Shown in pieces: positions 35,626 through 46,182 of a stretch of DNA of 64,000 nt. Position 1 is the first letter of the stretch, and every line of letters begins with the position of its first letter. This DNA comes from Oscillospiraceae bacterium. GTDB lineage: Bacteria > Bacillota > Clostridia > Oscillospirales > Ruminococcaceae. The stretch covers positions 9,032 through 73,031 of the forward strand of contig JAZURJ010000035.1 in assembly GCA_045606085.1 (NCBI GenBank), given 5' to 3'. Below the pieces are notes generated by a model that was not told where the DNA came from, did no database searches, and worked only from the letters and a program-made list of their open reading frames with translations. A program made the translations under genes and the position numbers.

Positions 35626-35654
35626 ATTGCACTTCTTTACAAGGGAGGTACATT

Positions 35655-36317
35655 ATGTTCAAAAAATTAAGAGAGGAGATAAACTCCATTCGTGAGCGTG
35701 ACCCTGCGGTACGTTCTGCGTGGGAGGTATACTTCCTCTACCCGTCGTTCAAGGCCGTAAGAGCATACCGGCGTGCACACTGGTGGCATGAACGCGGTTT
35801 TTATTTCATCGCACGCTGGATATCCCAGAATGCACGAAACCGAACAGGCATCGAGATACATCCGGGTGCTCAGATAGGAAAAGGTCTGTTCATCGACCAT
35901 GGTGCAGGCGTTGTCATCGGTGAAACTACCATCATCGGCGATAACTGCACGCTGTATCAGAACGTTACCCTCGGTGGTACAGGTAAGGACGTGGGCAAGC
36001 GACACCCCACACTCGGAAACAACGTTATGGTCGGAGCGGGTGCGAGAGTGCTCGGTCCGTTCAAGATAGGTGACAACTCCAAGATAGCCGCAAACGCAGT
36101 GGTGCTGGAGGAGGTCCCCCCGAACTGTACGGCGGTGGGCGTGCCTGCCAGGGTCGTCAAGCGTGACGGCATAAAGGTGGGCGTATCCCCGAACAGCGAT
36201 CTTGACCAGATCCATATTCCCGACCCTGTTTCCCAGCTCCTGTGTGAGCATCTCACTCACATCGAACGCCTTGAAAAGAAGGTCGCAGAGCTGGAAGAAC
36301 GTTTAGAGAACGATTGA
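35655..36317 (+). CDS. cysE: Serine O-acetyltransferase
   Basis: IRERDPAV, IEIHPGAQIG, hexapeptide repeats GAGVVIGETTIIGDN..LYQNVTLGG. The ATG at 35655 follows AAGGGAGG. Confidence 0.95.
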   Translation: MFKKLREEINSIRERDPAVRSAWEVYFLYPSFKAVRAYRRAHWWHERGFYFIARWISQNARNRTGIEIHPGAQIGKGLFIDHGAGVVIGETTIIGDNCTLYQNVTLGGTGKDVGKRHPTLGNNVMVGAGARVLGPFKIGDNSKIAANAVVLEEVPPNCTAVGVPARVVKRDGIKVGVSPNSDLDQIHIPDPVSQLLCEHLTHIERLEKKVAELEERLEND

Positions 36318-36357
36318 CGGACACGGACGCGTGTCCATACATAAGGAGGAAAAACAA

Positions 36358-37749
36358 ATGCAGATCTACAACACCATGACAAGACAGAAAGAAGAGCTCA
36401 GACCGCTCACCGACGGCACAGTAAAGATCTATGCCTGCGGACCCACCGTTTATAATCTTATCCACATCGGCAACGCAAGAGCACTGTGCGTATTCGATAC
36501 ACTGCGTCGCTATCTTGAGTTCCGCGGCAACAAGGTGTTCTATGTCCAGAACTTCACGGACGTTGATGACAAGATCATCAAGAAGGCAAACGAGCTTGGC
36601 ATCACTGCTCATGAGGTGTCCGAGAACGCTATCAAGGAGTACTTCACCGACGCTGACGGTCTGAATGTACGCAGAGCGGATGTTCATCCCAAGGTAACAG
36701 AGAACATGGATATCATCATCGATATCGTAAAGACACTCATCGACAAGGGCTACGCATACGAGGCTGACGGCGATGTTTACTTCTCCACAGCAAAGTTCAA
36801 GGAGTACGGCAAGCTCTCCCATATGCCCCTTGAGGACCTGCAGGCAGGTGCGAGAATCGAAGTGGGCGACAAGAAGCGTGACCCCATGGATTTCGCAGTG
36901 TGGAAGGCGGCGAAGGAAGGCGAGCCTTACTGGGAGTCTCCTTTCGGCAAGGGCCGTCCCGGCTGGCATATCGAGTGCTCCGCTATGTCCCGCCATTACA
37001 TCGGTGACACCATCGACATCCACGGTGGCGGTGCAGACCTCATCTTCCCTCACCACGAGAACGAGATCGCACAGAGTGAATGTGCAACAGGCTGCCCTCT
37101 CGCGAATGTGTGGATGCATAACGGTATGCTGAATGTTGACGGCTCCAAGATGAGCAAGTCCAAGGGCAACTTCTTCATGGTGCGTGATCTCTCCGCAGAA
37201 TACGGCTATGAACCTATCCGCTTCATGCTGCTGTCCGTACATTACAGAAGCCAGCTCAACTACACTCTCGAGGTAATCGAAAGCTGCAAGGCTGCTCTTC
37301 AGCGTATGTACACCTGCCGCGACACGATGGCTCGTGCACTGGACGCTGCTCCCGAGGGTGCTGCCAATGAAACCGTTCTCGCTGACGTAAAGGCTGCCCG
37401 TGAGCAGTTCATCAAGGTAATGGACGATGACTTCAACACAGCAGACGGTATCGCCGTAATATTTGAGCTTGTCCGCAAGATAAATACCGCCATCGCTTCC
37501 GGAAATGCAACAAAGGGCGATATAAAAGCATATCAGGATGAATTTACAGCATTGACAAATGTGCTCGGTCTGCTGTATAATAATAAGGATGAAGAGATTC
37601 CTGCGGAGATCACCGAACTGATCGAGCAGCGTAAGGCTGCAAGAAAGGCAAAGGACTTCGCACTCGCTGATGCCCTGCGTGACAAGATCACTGCTATGGG
37701 CTACATCGTTGAGGAAACTCGTCAGGGTACGATCGTAAAAAAGGCATGA
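36358..37749 (+). CDS. cysS: Cysteine-tRNA ligase
   Basis: MQIYNTMTRQKE, HIGNAR (HIGH motif), KMSKSKGN (KMSKS motif), GWHIECS. The ATG at 36358 follows AAGGAGG. Confidence 0.97.
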   Translation: MQIYNTMTRQKEELRPLTDGTVKIYACGPTVYNLIHIGNARALCVFDTLRRYLEFRGNKVFYVQNFTDVDDKIIKKANELGITAHEVSENAIKEYFTDADGLNVRRADVHPKVTENMDIIIDIVKTLIDKGYAYEADGDVYFSTAKFKEYGKLSHMPLEDLQAGARIEVGDKKRDPMDFAVWKAAKEGEPYWESPFGKGRPGWHIECSAMSRHYIGDTIDIHGGGADLIFPHHENEIAQSECATGCPLANVWMHNGMLNVDGSKMSKSKGNFFMVRDLSAEYGYEPIRFMLLSVHYRSQLNYTLEVIESCKAALQRMYTCRDTMARALDAAPEGAANETVLADVKAAREQFIKVMDDDFNTADGIAVIFELVRKINTAIASGNATKGDIKAYQDEFTALTNVLGLLYNNKDEEIPAEITELIEQRKAARKAKDFALADALRDKITAMGYIVEETRQGTIVKKA

Positions 37750-37780
37750 TCGGGAACTCCCACGCTGAAAGGAAATCGGA

Positions 37781-38545
37781 TTGAAAAAGATACTTGCGGC
37801 AGCCTGTGCCGCTGCGATGCTCACCCTGACAGGCTGCTCCCTCTCTCAGGGAACATACAACGTGATGCATGAATATGACTTTAAAGAGATGGAACTGGTA
37901 CAGCTCGAGCCGCCTCAGGACGGAGATATGATAGCTGTTATCGACACCACTCTCGGCGAGATACGCGTGGTGCTCTACCCCGAATACGCCCCCAATACCG
38001 TTGAAGCGTTTACCGAACGTGTGAAGGCCGGATATTACGACGGTCTTGACGTTGCGGGAATAATGGATAATATGTACTTCCTCTCGGGCTACACCAAGAA
38101 CGAGGACGGCGACTACATTGCAAGACAGAGCAACGACGAACTGATCGAAGCGGAATGCAACGTCAACCTCTGGCCGTTCAAGGGTGCACTGATGACCTTT
38201 TCTGAAAAGGGCGGTTTCAGTGACGCACGATGGTTCCTGTGCAATACAGATGACGAAACGCTGACCGAGGAAGCAATAGCGACACTCAAGGAATCCGCCC
38301 AGAAGCGTGAGGATGAGGTGGAACGTGTTAAGCTCACGAACCTGTTTGACAAGTTCTACGAGGTCGGTGGTGTTTTCGGTGCCGCAGGCTCATATACCGT
38401 ATTCGGACAGACCTACGAGGGTATCGAGGTGATCGAGGATATCTGTGCAGTACCTACCGATGACAAGGGCATCCCGAAGCAGCAGATAGTGATCAACTCC
38501 ATCACTATAACCGAATATTCCACAGAAGATGAAGTAAAGGAATAA
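37781..38545 (+). CDS. Cyclophilin-like lipoprotein, divergent (probably lacking the catalytic Arg/Gln)
   Basis: TTG start with AAAGGA 7 nt upstream. Lipobox LTLTGCS. Cyclophilin N-terminal block GEIRVVLYPEYAPNTVEAF is present, but the HRV..QGG block is replaced by VAGIMDNMYFLSGYT. Confidence 0.7.
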   Translation: MKKILAAACAAAMLTLTGCSLSQGTYNVMHEYDFKEMELVQLEPPQDGDMIAVIDTTLGEIRVVLYPEYAPNTVEAFTERVKAGYYDGLDVAGIMDNMYFLSGYTKNEDGDYIARQSNDELIEAECNVNLWPFKGALMTFSEKGGFSDARWFLCNTDDETLTEEAIATLKESAQKREDEVERVKLTNLFDKFYEVGGVFGAAGSYTVFGQTYEGIEVIEDICAVPTDDKGIPKQQIVINSITITEYSTEDEVKE

Positions 38546-38559
38546 GGAGAAAATAAGCT

Positions 38560-39411
38560 ATGAAGATCAGAAATATACTGCTAAGCTGTCTGCTTGCGGC
38601 AAGCTGCGTACTCGCTGCAGGCTGCTCAAAGCCGGATGATACCACTGTTGTCGGCGTTACAACGATCGACGGAACATCCGTTTCCGCAGCAGGAAATATA
38701 TCAGAAGTAAAAGTACAGACAGGCGACATCGTCGCAGAGTTTGAGATCGAGGGATATGGCACGATAAAGGCTAAGCTCTTCCCTGAATATGCTCCCACAG
38801 GCGTTGAGAACTTCGTGGCACTCGCAAACGAGGGCTTCTACGACGGACTTACTATCCACCGCGTTATCAAGGGCTTCATGCTGCAGGGCGGCTCCCTCAA
38901 CGGGGACGGAACAGGCGGCGAGGCTGCTGAAGGCGGAACGTTCGGTATCGAAACAAACGCCGATATGCGTCATTTCTATGGTGCTCTCTGCTACGCAAAC
39001 GCAATGGGCAACAACTCCTGCCAGTTCTATATCGTAAACAACAATGAGCCTCAGGATCTTGCAGAAATGGATCTGGAGCTTATCAGGAGCAACGCTGAAA
39101 TCGCAGCTCAGTACGCAACGATGTTCGAAGCAGGCACTATTGAGCAGCAGTACTACGCATATATGGCAGAGTACTACGGCAACCTCGCTGAAATGACCGA
39201 GACTGCACCTGCTGATGTCATCGCAAAGTACAAGACAGACGGCGGTACTCCACAGCTTGACGGCGGTTACACCGTTTTCGGACAGGTATACGAGGGCTTT
39301 GATGTGATCGATGATATCTCGTCCTGCTCCGTAAAGACAAACGCAGGCGGTGAAGCTTCCGAGCCGATCGAGACCATCACTATTAAAAGCGTAAAGATCA
39401 TTACCATATAA
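38560..39411 (+). CDS. Cyclophilin-type peptidyl-prolyl isomerase lipoprotein
   Basis: Lipobox [63 protein letters not shown]. Confidence 0.9.
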   Translation: MKIRNILLSCLLAASCVLAAGCSKPDDTTVVGVTTIDGTSVSAAGNISEVKVQTGDIVAEFEIEGYGTIKAKLFPEYAPTGVENFVALANEGFYDGLTIHRVIKGFMLQGGSLNGDGTGGEAAEGGTFGIETNADMRHFYGALCYANAMGNNSCQFYIVNNNEPQDLAEMDLELIRSNAEIAAQYATMFEAGTIEQQYYAYMAEYYGNLAEMTETAPADVIAKYKTDGGTPQLDGGYTVFGQVYEGFDVIDDISSCSVKTNAGGEASEPIETITIKSVKIITI

Positions 39412-39434
39412 CGGTTTGAAAGGACGTGCGTAAT

Positions 39435-40406
39435 ATGAAGATAGGACGTATTATTCTCAGTGCAGTACTGGCAGCAAGCTGCCTCCTGAGCATGGCTGGC
39501 TGCAACAAGGTGAAATCTTCCGTGGGAAATATCGAGCCGATGAACTTCGTTGACGGCGATATCATCGCTGAGATCACACTGGACGGATACGGCACTATCA
39601 AGGCTAAGCTTTTCCCTGACCTTGCTCCAAAAGCTGTGGAGAACTTCAGGATGCTGGCAGATCAGGGCTATTACGACGGTCTGAAGATACACAGAGTGTA
39701 CGAGGACAATCTCGTACAGGGAGGCTCGCTCAATGGCGACGGCACAGGCGGAAAGGCTCTTATCAATTCTGATGGCAGTTTTGACATCGAGACCTCCGAA
39801 CAGGCACGTCATATATACGGTGCCCTCTGCTACGCCAACACCACAGGAAAGAACACAACACAGTTCTTCATCGTGAACAACAAGCAGACACAGGACCTGA
39901 GCACATTTGACACCGAGCAGATCAGGGCTGCGGCCGCTGCAAACACCGATCTCATGGCTACTGTCGGCGAGGATGACCCCGCATATAAGACATATGCGTA
40001 CAAGGAAAAATACTACACAGCACTTTCCGACATGATCACAAATGCAACGCCTGAAACCACAGCAAAGTATGCGGAGGTCGGCGGTCTGCCGCTGTTTGAC
40101 GGTGGTTATACGGTGTTCGGACAGGTGTTTGAAGGCTTTGATGTGCTTAACGCCCTGAACGATGTCGAGGTCACCACAAACGCTTTCGGAGAAAAGTCCA
40201 AGCCTGTTGTTGACATCATTATCCGTTCGGTAAAGGTCACAGAGTACAAGCAGACCACCGGTGAGGCTACCGACGAGTCCGAAGAAAAGGACAAGGAAAC
40301 TGCTGACACCACTGCCGATGCAGGCACAGGAGATGCCTCCACCGCAGATGCCACAAAATCATCAGACGTATCCATCGACACCACCGATACTGTTGAAGCT
40401 GCATGA
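39435..40406 (+). CDS. Cyclophilin-type peptidyl-prolyl isomerase lipoprotein with an acidic T/D/E-rich C-terminal tail
   Basis: Lipobox [63 protein letters not shown]. The ATG at 39435 lies inside ORF 39426..40406. Confidence 0.85.
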   Translation: MKIGRIILSAVLAASCLLSMAGCNKVKSSVGNIEPMNFVDGDIIAEITLDGYGTIKAKLFPDLAPKAVENFRMLADQGYYDGLKIHRVYEDNLVQGGSLNGDGTGGKALINSDGSFDIETSEQARHIYGALCYANTTGKNTTQFFIVNNKQTQDLSTFDTEQIRAAAAANTDLMATVGEDDPAYKTYAYKEKYYTALSDMITNATPETTAKYAEVGGLPLFDGGYTVFGQVFEGFDVLNALNDVEVTTNAFGEKSKPVVDIIIRSVKVTEYKQTTGEATDESEEKDKETADTTADAGTGDASTADATKSSDVSIDTTDTVEAA

Positions 40407-40426
40407 TCTGCAAACACACATAAAAC

Positions 40427-40460
40427 AGCCCCCTGAATTTCAGGGGGCTTGTGATTTATT
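40427..40460. terminator. Bidirectional terminator
   Basis: AGCCCCCTGA / TCAGGGGGCT stem followed by TGTGATTTATT. Confidence 0.8.
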
Positions 40461-40490
40461 CAGACAGGTCGTTCAGTCATTGCAGCAGTA

Positions 40491-41420
40491 TCAAAGGATA
40501 ACTGCGAAGTAGCCTGCATATCCGATAAGCATCAGGATGCCTGCCCAGCGGTGAAGCTTGTTCTTACCGATGAGGCAGCATACCAGCAGCATTACAGCCG
40601 CTGCAATAGCAATGATAGCATCAAAGATGAAGTTCTGTGCATAAGGCACGGAAATGATAACAGAGGACAGACCTACAACAAAAAGAATGTTGAAGATGTT
40701 ACTGCCGACGATGTTTCCGATGGCGATATCTGCATTACCCTTTCTTGCTGCAGAAACGGATGTGAAAAGCTCGGGAAGAGAAGTACCGAGTGCAACGATC
40801 GTAAGACCGATAAAACGCTCGCTAAGTCCCATTGCAGATGCGATAGCACTTGCTGCATCTACTGTCACCTTACTGCCGATGATTATCATAGCAAGACCGA
40901 TGACAATAAATACGATCGATTTAACTACGGAAAGCTGCTGTATCTCCTCGCCCTGATTATCCTTGTCTTTCTTTGCCATGACGAAAAGGTACGCAAGATA
41001 AGCTGCGAAAAGTGCAAGCAGAACTATACCATCCACAAGACCGATGCTTCCGTCAAGGCCCTGAAGAAGCAACACACCCGTGATAACGATCATGAAAGGT
41101 ATCTCGATGCGTATGGTTGACTTTGCCACAGCAAGGGCTGTGATAACAGAAGATATGCCCAGAATGATAAGGATGTTAAGGATGTTGCTGCCGAGGATAT
41201 TGCCTATCGTGATCTCGGCATTGCCGTTGATAGCCGCAGCAATACTTACAGCCGCCTCAGGAGCACTTGTACCCATAGCCACGATCGTAAGGCCGATCAC
41301 GAGCTGAGGTATACCAAATCTTGCCGCTACTGCCGACGATCCGTCAACAAACCAGTCAGCACCTTTTATAAGGAGCACGAAGCCCACGACAAGCAAAACT
41401 ATCTGCAACAAAAATTCCAT
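40491..41420 (-). CDS. Ca2+/Na+ antiporter (CaCA family, YrbG-like)
   Basis: Two alpha-repeats: GTSAPEAAVS..GNILGSNILNI and GTSLPELFTS..GNIVGSNIFNI. Confidence 0.9.
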   Translation of the reverse strand: MEFLLQIVLLVVGFVLLIKGADWFVDGSSAVAARFGIPQLVIGLTIVAMGTSAPEAAVSIAAAINGNAEITIGNILGSNILNILIILGISSVITALAVAKSTIRIEIPFMIVITGVLLLQGLDGSIGLVDGIVLLALFAAYLAYLFVMAKKDKDNQGEEIQQLSVVKSIVFIVIGLAMIIIGSKVTVDAASAIASAMGLSERFIGLTIVALGTSLPELFTSVSAARKGNADIAIGNIVGSNIFNILFVVGLSSVIISVPYAQNFIFDAIIAIAAAVMLLVCCLIGKNKLHRWAGILMLIGYAGYFAVIL

Positions 41421-41540
41421 ATGTTCCTCCTTAAGTTGCTCTTTCTTTATGCATTACATTATATTAGGATTATATCATCTGTACGGCTAAGATGCGGTAA
41501 ATTCAGCCTTTCCTGCCGATATCTTAAACGTATCTTTGCC

Positions 41541-41570
41541 AATAAAAAGAGCACCGCCGAAACGGTGCTC
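41541..41570 (-). terminator. Rho-independent terminator of dprA
   Basis: GAGCACCG / CGGTGCTC stem. The minus strand continues with TTTTTATT. Confidence 0.8.
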
Positions 41571-41584
41571 CCATATACATTGTT

Positions 41585-42475
41585 TTACTCTTCGTCATCC
41601 ATGAAAAGTGAGAATTTATATGCATCAATGATATCGATATGGCTGAAAACAGGCGTCGCTCCGTCACGCAGATACCGTACAACTCCTGTGTATTTCGGAT
41701 TCATAACCTCATGCGGCGGCAGACAGAAAAGCTCCCTGCCCTGCTGTATCGCGTGCTCAGCAGTGTGATGACATCCGCTCCGCTCGCCTGCTTCAACTAT
41801 GAACGTACCCTGTGCTAAACCTGAAATGATACGGTTGCGATGACAGAAATAATCAGGATCCACACCTGAGTGCGGCGGAAGTTCCGATATTACTGCACCG
41901 CCGCCTGCAATGATCCGCTGCTTCAACGCACGACTTGCCACAGGATAATCAACCAGATTTCCGCAGGCAAGAACACCGATGGTAGGAACACCGGAGTCGA
42001 GTGCACACTGGTGTGCGATAGTATCGATACCGACAGCCAGACCGCTCACAAGCACCATACCGACCTTTGCAAGCTCCGAACACATCGCACGGGCAGTGTT
42101 GACAGAGTAACGGCTTGCCTCACGTGCACCGACAACAGCAAGTGCAGGTGCATCGGAAAGTCCGCACAATGTACCCTGAACGAACAGCACAACAGGCGGT
42201 GAAAACACGCTGCGAAGCAATTCCGGATACTCATCGTCTTCTATCGTAACTATACGTATGCCATTAGCATCACATTCTTCGATCATCTGCTGAACATCTC
42301 GGGAACGTATGCGATCGGCACGTTCACTCTCAGCCTTATCAAGGGCGTCACATTTTCCGTCGCGGATCGCCTCTGCGGCTGTGCGTACATCGCCGTAGAG
42401 TTCAACGATCTGCATCGTCTTTGCGTTGTGTGGCTGCATGACTAACATCAGCCACAGCCATATCTCACGGTTCAT
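41585..42475 (-). CDS. dprA: DNA-processing protein DprA (Smf)
   Basis: VSGLAVGIDTIAHQCAL, GVLACGNLVDYP, GGAVISELPP, RNRIISGL. RBS AGGAGG. Confidence 0.9.
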   Translation of the reverse strand: MNREIWLWLMLVMQPHNAKTMQIVELYGDVRTAAEAIRDGKCDALDKAESERADRIRSRDVQQMIEECDANGIRIVTIEDDEYPELLRSVFSPPVVLFVQGTLCGLSDAPALAVVGAREASRYSVNTARAMCSELAKVGMVLVSGLAVGIDTIAHQCALDSGVPTIGVLACGNLVDYPVASRALKQRIIAGGGAVISELPPHSGVDPDYFCHRNRIISGLAQGTFIVEAGERSGCHHTAEHAIQQGRELFCLPPHEVMNPKYTGVVRYLRDGATPVFSHIDIIDAYKFSLFMDDEE

Positions 42476-42553
42476 GCAATAGCCTCCTGTAACAAATGTA
42501 TCAAATTAAGTTTCTTTTATTATACAGTATACTTACCATAATGTCAACACTTG

Positions 42554-42585
42554 AAACAAAAACGGACAGCCGTAAGACTGTCCGT
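42554..42585 (-). terminator. Rho-independent terminator of the ABC exporter operon
   Basis: ACGGACAG / CTGTCCGT stem. The minus strand continues with TTTTTGTTT. Confidence 0.8.
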
Positions 42586-42590
42586 AAACA

Positions 42591-44444
42591 TTATGTCGCA
42601 ATTCCTGCAAACTGGCTCTGATAAAGGTTGAAATACGCTCCACGTTTTGCAAGAAGCTCCTCGTGGTCGCCCGCTTCGATGACCTTTCCTCCGCCCAGCA
42701 CGACGATCTTGTCGGCGTCACGGATGGTAGAAAGACGATGGGCGATGATAAGGCTGGTCCTGCCCTTCATAAGTGCGATCATAGCAGCCTGGATATGCAT
42801 CTCAGTTCTTGTATCGATGCTGGACGTAGCCTCGTCGAGAATGAGTATCTTAGGGTCCGCAAGCACTGCCCTCGCTATCGCGATAAGCTGACGCTGACCC
42901 TGCGACAGATTGCTACCGCCCTCTGTAAGCACGGTATCATAACCGTCAGCAAGCTTTGAAGCGAAATCGTGTACTCGTGCGAGCTTTGCAGCTTCAATGA
43001 CCTCTTCATCGGTGGCATCTATCCTGCCGTAGCGGATGTTATCTGCGATAGTGCCCGTGAATATGACAGTATCCTGCAGTACCATACCGATACTTCCACG
43101 CAGTTTTTCCTTCGGGATAGCCATGATGTCATGTCCGTCAAGAGTAATGCTGCCGCCGTCTATATCATAAAAACGGGTGAGCAGATTAATTACGGTAGTC
43201 TTGCCGCTGCCCGTTGCACCAACGATGGCGATCTTCTGACCGCTCTCCACCCACAGATCGAAATCCGTGAGGACAGGCTCGCCCTCAACGTAGGAGAACT
43301 GAACGTCCTTGAAATTGATGTCGCCCTCGACATTATCTACCTCAAACGGCTGATCGCCGCCCTCATCCTCGGGCTGTGCATCCATTATCTCAAACACACG
43401 CTCTGCACCTGCAAGTGCGGACTGAAGCTGTGCATACTGATTGGCGATCTCGTTGATAGGACGAGTGAACTGCTTGGAATAGGTGATAAACGCCTGTATC
43501 GTACCGATGGAGATGATGCCCTCAATAGCAAACCAGCCACCGAATGCAGCTATCAGCAGAAAACCGATATTACCGATGCAGTTCATGCAGGGACCCATAG
43601 AGCCACCCAGTATCTGAGCCTTGATACCAATACGCTTCAGCTCGTCGCTGGTCCTGTCGAAATCATCGCACACACGCTTTTCACGGGTATACGCCTTGAC
43701 GGTCTTGTAACCGCTCACCGCTTCCTCGATCTGAGCGTTCAGCTGACCCAGCTTTGCCTGCTGCATGGGGAAGTATTTCCTCATCAGTCTGGAGAGATTT
43801 CGGGATACCACCAGCGTCAGCACGATGGTTATCATACTGATGAGCGTAAGCTGCCATGAATAGACAAGCATCATCACAAAGCAGCCCACCAGCATTATAA
43901 TACCCGAAACAAGCGAGCCAAGCGACTGAGAAACGGAGTTGGATACATTCTCAACGTCGTTGGTCATACGGCTCATGATATCGCCGTGCTTGTGCGTGTC
44001 CATATAGCTTATGGGAAGCCGTGAGATACGGGCAAAGAGATCCTTACGCATTATGCGTACTGTATACTGCGAAAGCATAGCCGCAAATATATTCTGGAAA
44101 TACGTCATAATGGCAGAGATGAAATACGCTCCGCCCATTATTATGAGCCACTTCAGCAGCTCATCGAGATCCACTGTGGGGTGTTCCTCGGTAAAGGTGA
44201 TGGAATCTATCGCCTTTGCCTGCAGCGATGGTGCAAGGATGTTCAGTAATGTGGCACCCAGCATCACCAGCAGCATCGCAAACAGCAGGTTCTTGTTCCT
44301 GCCTATGTATTTCAGTATCCTTGAGAGAGATGCTTTTACATTCTTGGGTTTCTCCTTAGGCATTCCCATAGCACCCGGGCCGCCTCTTCCGCCCGGACGG
44401 AGATTTATTACGGGCTGCTGCTTGTTATCAGCCAACCTGCTCAT
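42591..44444 (-). CDS. ABC exporter, fused permease/ATPase (heterodimer partner B)
   Basis: 6-TM half, Walker A GATGSGKTT, LSQGQRQLIAIARA, ILILDEATSSID. Confidence 0.9.
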   Translation of the reverse strand: MSRLADNKQQPVINLRPGGRGGPGAMGMPKEKPKNVKASLSRILKYIGRNKNLLFAMLLVMLGATLLNILAPSLQAKAIDSITFTEEHPTVDLDELLKWLIIMGGAYFISAIMTYFQNIFAAMLSQYTVRIMRKDLFARISRLPISYMDTHKHGDIMSRMTNDVENVSNSVSQSLGSLVSGIIMLVGCFVMMLVYSWQLTLISMITIVLTLVVSRNLSRLMRKYFPMQQAKLGQLNAQIEEAVSGYKTVKAYTREKRVCDDFDRTSDELKRIGIKAQILGGSMGPCMNCIGNIGFLLIAAFGGWFAIEGIISIGTIQAFITYSKQFTRPINEIANQYAQLQSALAGAERVFEIMDAQPEDEGGDQPFEVDNVEGDINFKDVQFSYVEGEPVLTDFDLWVESGQKIAIVGATGSGKTTVINLLTRFYDIDGGSITLDGHDIMAIPKEKLRGSIGMVLQDTVIFTGTIADNIRYGRIDATDEEVIEAAKLARVHDFASKLADGYDTVLTEGGSNLSQGQRQLIAIARAVLADPKILILDEATSSIDTRTEMHIQAAMIALMKGRTSLIIAHRLSTIRDADKIVVLGGGKVIEAGDHEELLAKRGAYFNLYQSQFAGIAT

Positions 44445-46182
44445 CCCCCTCTCTCATCTGGGAGTTGTAGATATCCTGATAAACATCACAGCTCTTCATC
44501 AGATTTTCATGATTATCGAAAGCAGCAAGTCTGCCGTTTTCGATAACAGCGATCTTGTCTGCGTTCATAACGCTTGCGACTCTCTGTGCGATCATGATGA
44601 CGGTGGTGTCATCGAAATGCTCACGCAGTGCTCTCTGGAGCTTCGCGTCAGTTGTGAGATCCAGTGCCGACATACTGTCATCGAAAATGAGTATCTCGGG
44701 CTTCTTGACTATGGCACGGGCGATGGAAAGACGCTGCTTCTGTCCGCCCGAAAGGGATGTTCCCTTTTCAGTTACCATGTCCTTGTATCCGTCGGTAAAA
44801 CCCTGAATAAAGCTGTCTGCCTGAGCTATCTCGGCTGCAGTCTTTATCTCAGCGTCGGTAGCATCGGGCTTGCCCCAACGGATGTTATTCTCAATAGTAT
44901 CAGAGAAAAGCTCGCTCTTCTGGAGAACGAAGCCTATCTTGCTCCGCAGTGCATCAAGGTCGTATTCCTTTACATCCACGCCATCCACGAGAACAGTGCC
45001 CTCAGTGGCGTCATAAAAGCGTGCGACGAGATTGACAAGAGATGTCTTACCACAGCCCGTAGCACCGAGAATAGCAACAGTTTCGCCCTTGTTCACTCTG
45101 AAGCTGATATCCTCCAGAACATTTCCCGCCTGAACGCCGGGATAACGGAAGGAGATGTTTCTGAACTCGACAGTGCCCTTCTCGGCGGTCACACCGTCAA
45201 AATCACCACCGGAGATGACAGGGTCTGCGTCAAGCACCTCGCGGATACGCTTTGCGGAAGCGGATGCCCTTGTCACCTGCTGGAACATCATACCGATCAT
45301 CATAACAGACATGAGTATCTGCGTTATATATGTAATGGCAGCCATGATGCGTCCGACCTCAAGCTCCTGAGCCTTCACCTGCATACCGCCGATATAGATG
45401 ACAGCCAGCACGGAAGCGTTCATCAGAATGGACAGAACCGGAATAAGCATAGCCATCAGCTTCTGCACACGAAGATTGGTGTTGCACAGATCATCATTGG
45501 CAGCCCCGAAACGATCGATCTCATACTGCTCACGGGTATACGCCTTTACGACACGTGCACCCGAAACGTTCTCCTGTACGACTGTATTCACACGGTCCAG
45601 CTTGCTCTGAACTATACCGAACAGAGGTGCACCCTTCTTCAGAACTACCGCCACAACGATAAGCTGGATGGGCAGAGTTACAAGAAGGATAAGTCCGAAG
45701 CGGACATCGATGTGAAGCACCATATAGATGCCGCCGACAAACTGCATGACAGTACGCACCATCATTCTAAGAGCCATGCCGACGAAATCCTGGCAGGCTG
45801 TGATATCATTGGTAAGCCGTGTCACAAGGGAGCCTGTGGTGAACTTATCTGTCTGCTGGAAGGACATCTTCATAACGTGAGAGAACGCATCCTTTCGCAG
45901 ATCGTTCGAAAAGCTCTGGGCTGCCATATTGCCGAACACGCCGGAAAGTATACCGCCGATGCAGCCGATGAACGTGAAGATCAGCATCTGTATACCGACT
46001 TCGAAAATGACATCCATATTTCCCGCAAGGACGCCATCATCAACGATCTTTGACATAAGATCGGGCTGCAGAAGGTCCATGCTCACCTCGAGTATCATAA
46101 ACAACGGGGAAAGCATGGCGATATACCAGTATTTCTTCAGATACGAAAGCACCTTAATCAACGAAGTCGCCTCCAAGCTCAT
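44428..46182 (-). CDS. ABC exporter, fused permease/ATPase (heterodimer partner A)
   Basis: Walker A GATGCGKTS, LSGGQKQRLSIARA, ILIFDDSMSALD. The annotated ATG at 46182 lacks an RBS. The in-frame TTG at 46161 has GGAGG 8 nt upstream and may be the real start. Confidence 0.88.
   Translation of the reverse strand: MSLEATSLIKVLSYLKKYWYIAMLSPLFMILEVSMDLLQPDLMSKIVDDGVLAGNMDVIFEVGIQMLIFTFIGCIGGILSGVFGNMAAQSFSNDLRKDAFSHVMKMSFQQTDKFTTGSLVTRLTNDITACQDFVGMALRMMVRTVMQFVGGIYMVLHIDVRFGLILLVTLPIQLIVVAVVLKKGAPLFGIVQSKLDRVNTVVQENVSGARVVKAYTREQYEIDRFGAANDDLCNTNLRVQKLMAMLIPVLSILMNASVLAVIYIGGMQVKAQELEVGRIMAAITYITQILMSVMMIGMMFQQVTRASASAKRIREVLDADPVISGGDFDGVTAEKGTVEFRNISFRYPGVQAGNVLEDISFRVNKGETVAILGATGCGKTSLVNLVARFYDATEGTVLVDGVDVKEYDLDALRSKIGFVLQKSELFSDTIENNIRWGKPDATDAEIKTAAEIAQADSFIQGFTDGYKDMVTEKGTSLSGGQKQRLSIARAIVKKPEILIFDDSMSALDLTTDAKLQRALREHFDDTTVIMIAQRVASVMNADKIAVIENGRLAAFDNHENLMKSCDVYQDIYNSQMREGDEQVG

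Noticed and set aside
36253-37824. 523-codon ORF antisense to cysS and the end of cysE.
   Set aside because: The plus strand encodes textbook CysS (HIGH and KMSKS motifs). The antisense product is featureless.
42969-46053. 296- and 680-codon ORFs on the plus strand opposite the two ABC exporter genes.
   Set aside because: The minus-strand products carry complete Walker A/B and signature motifs. The plus-strand ORFs lack RBSs and motifs.
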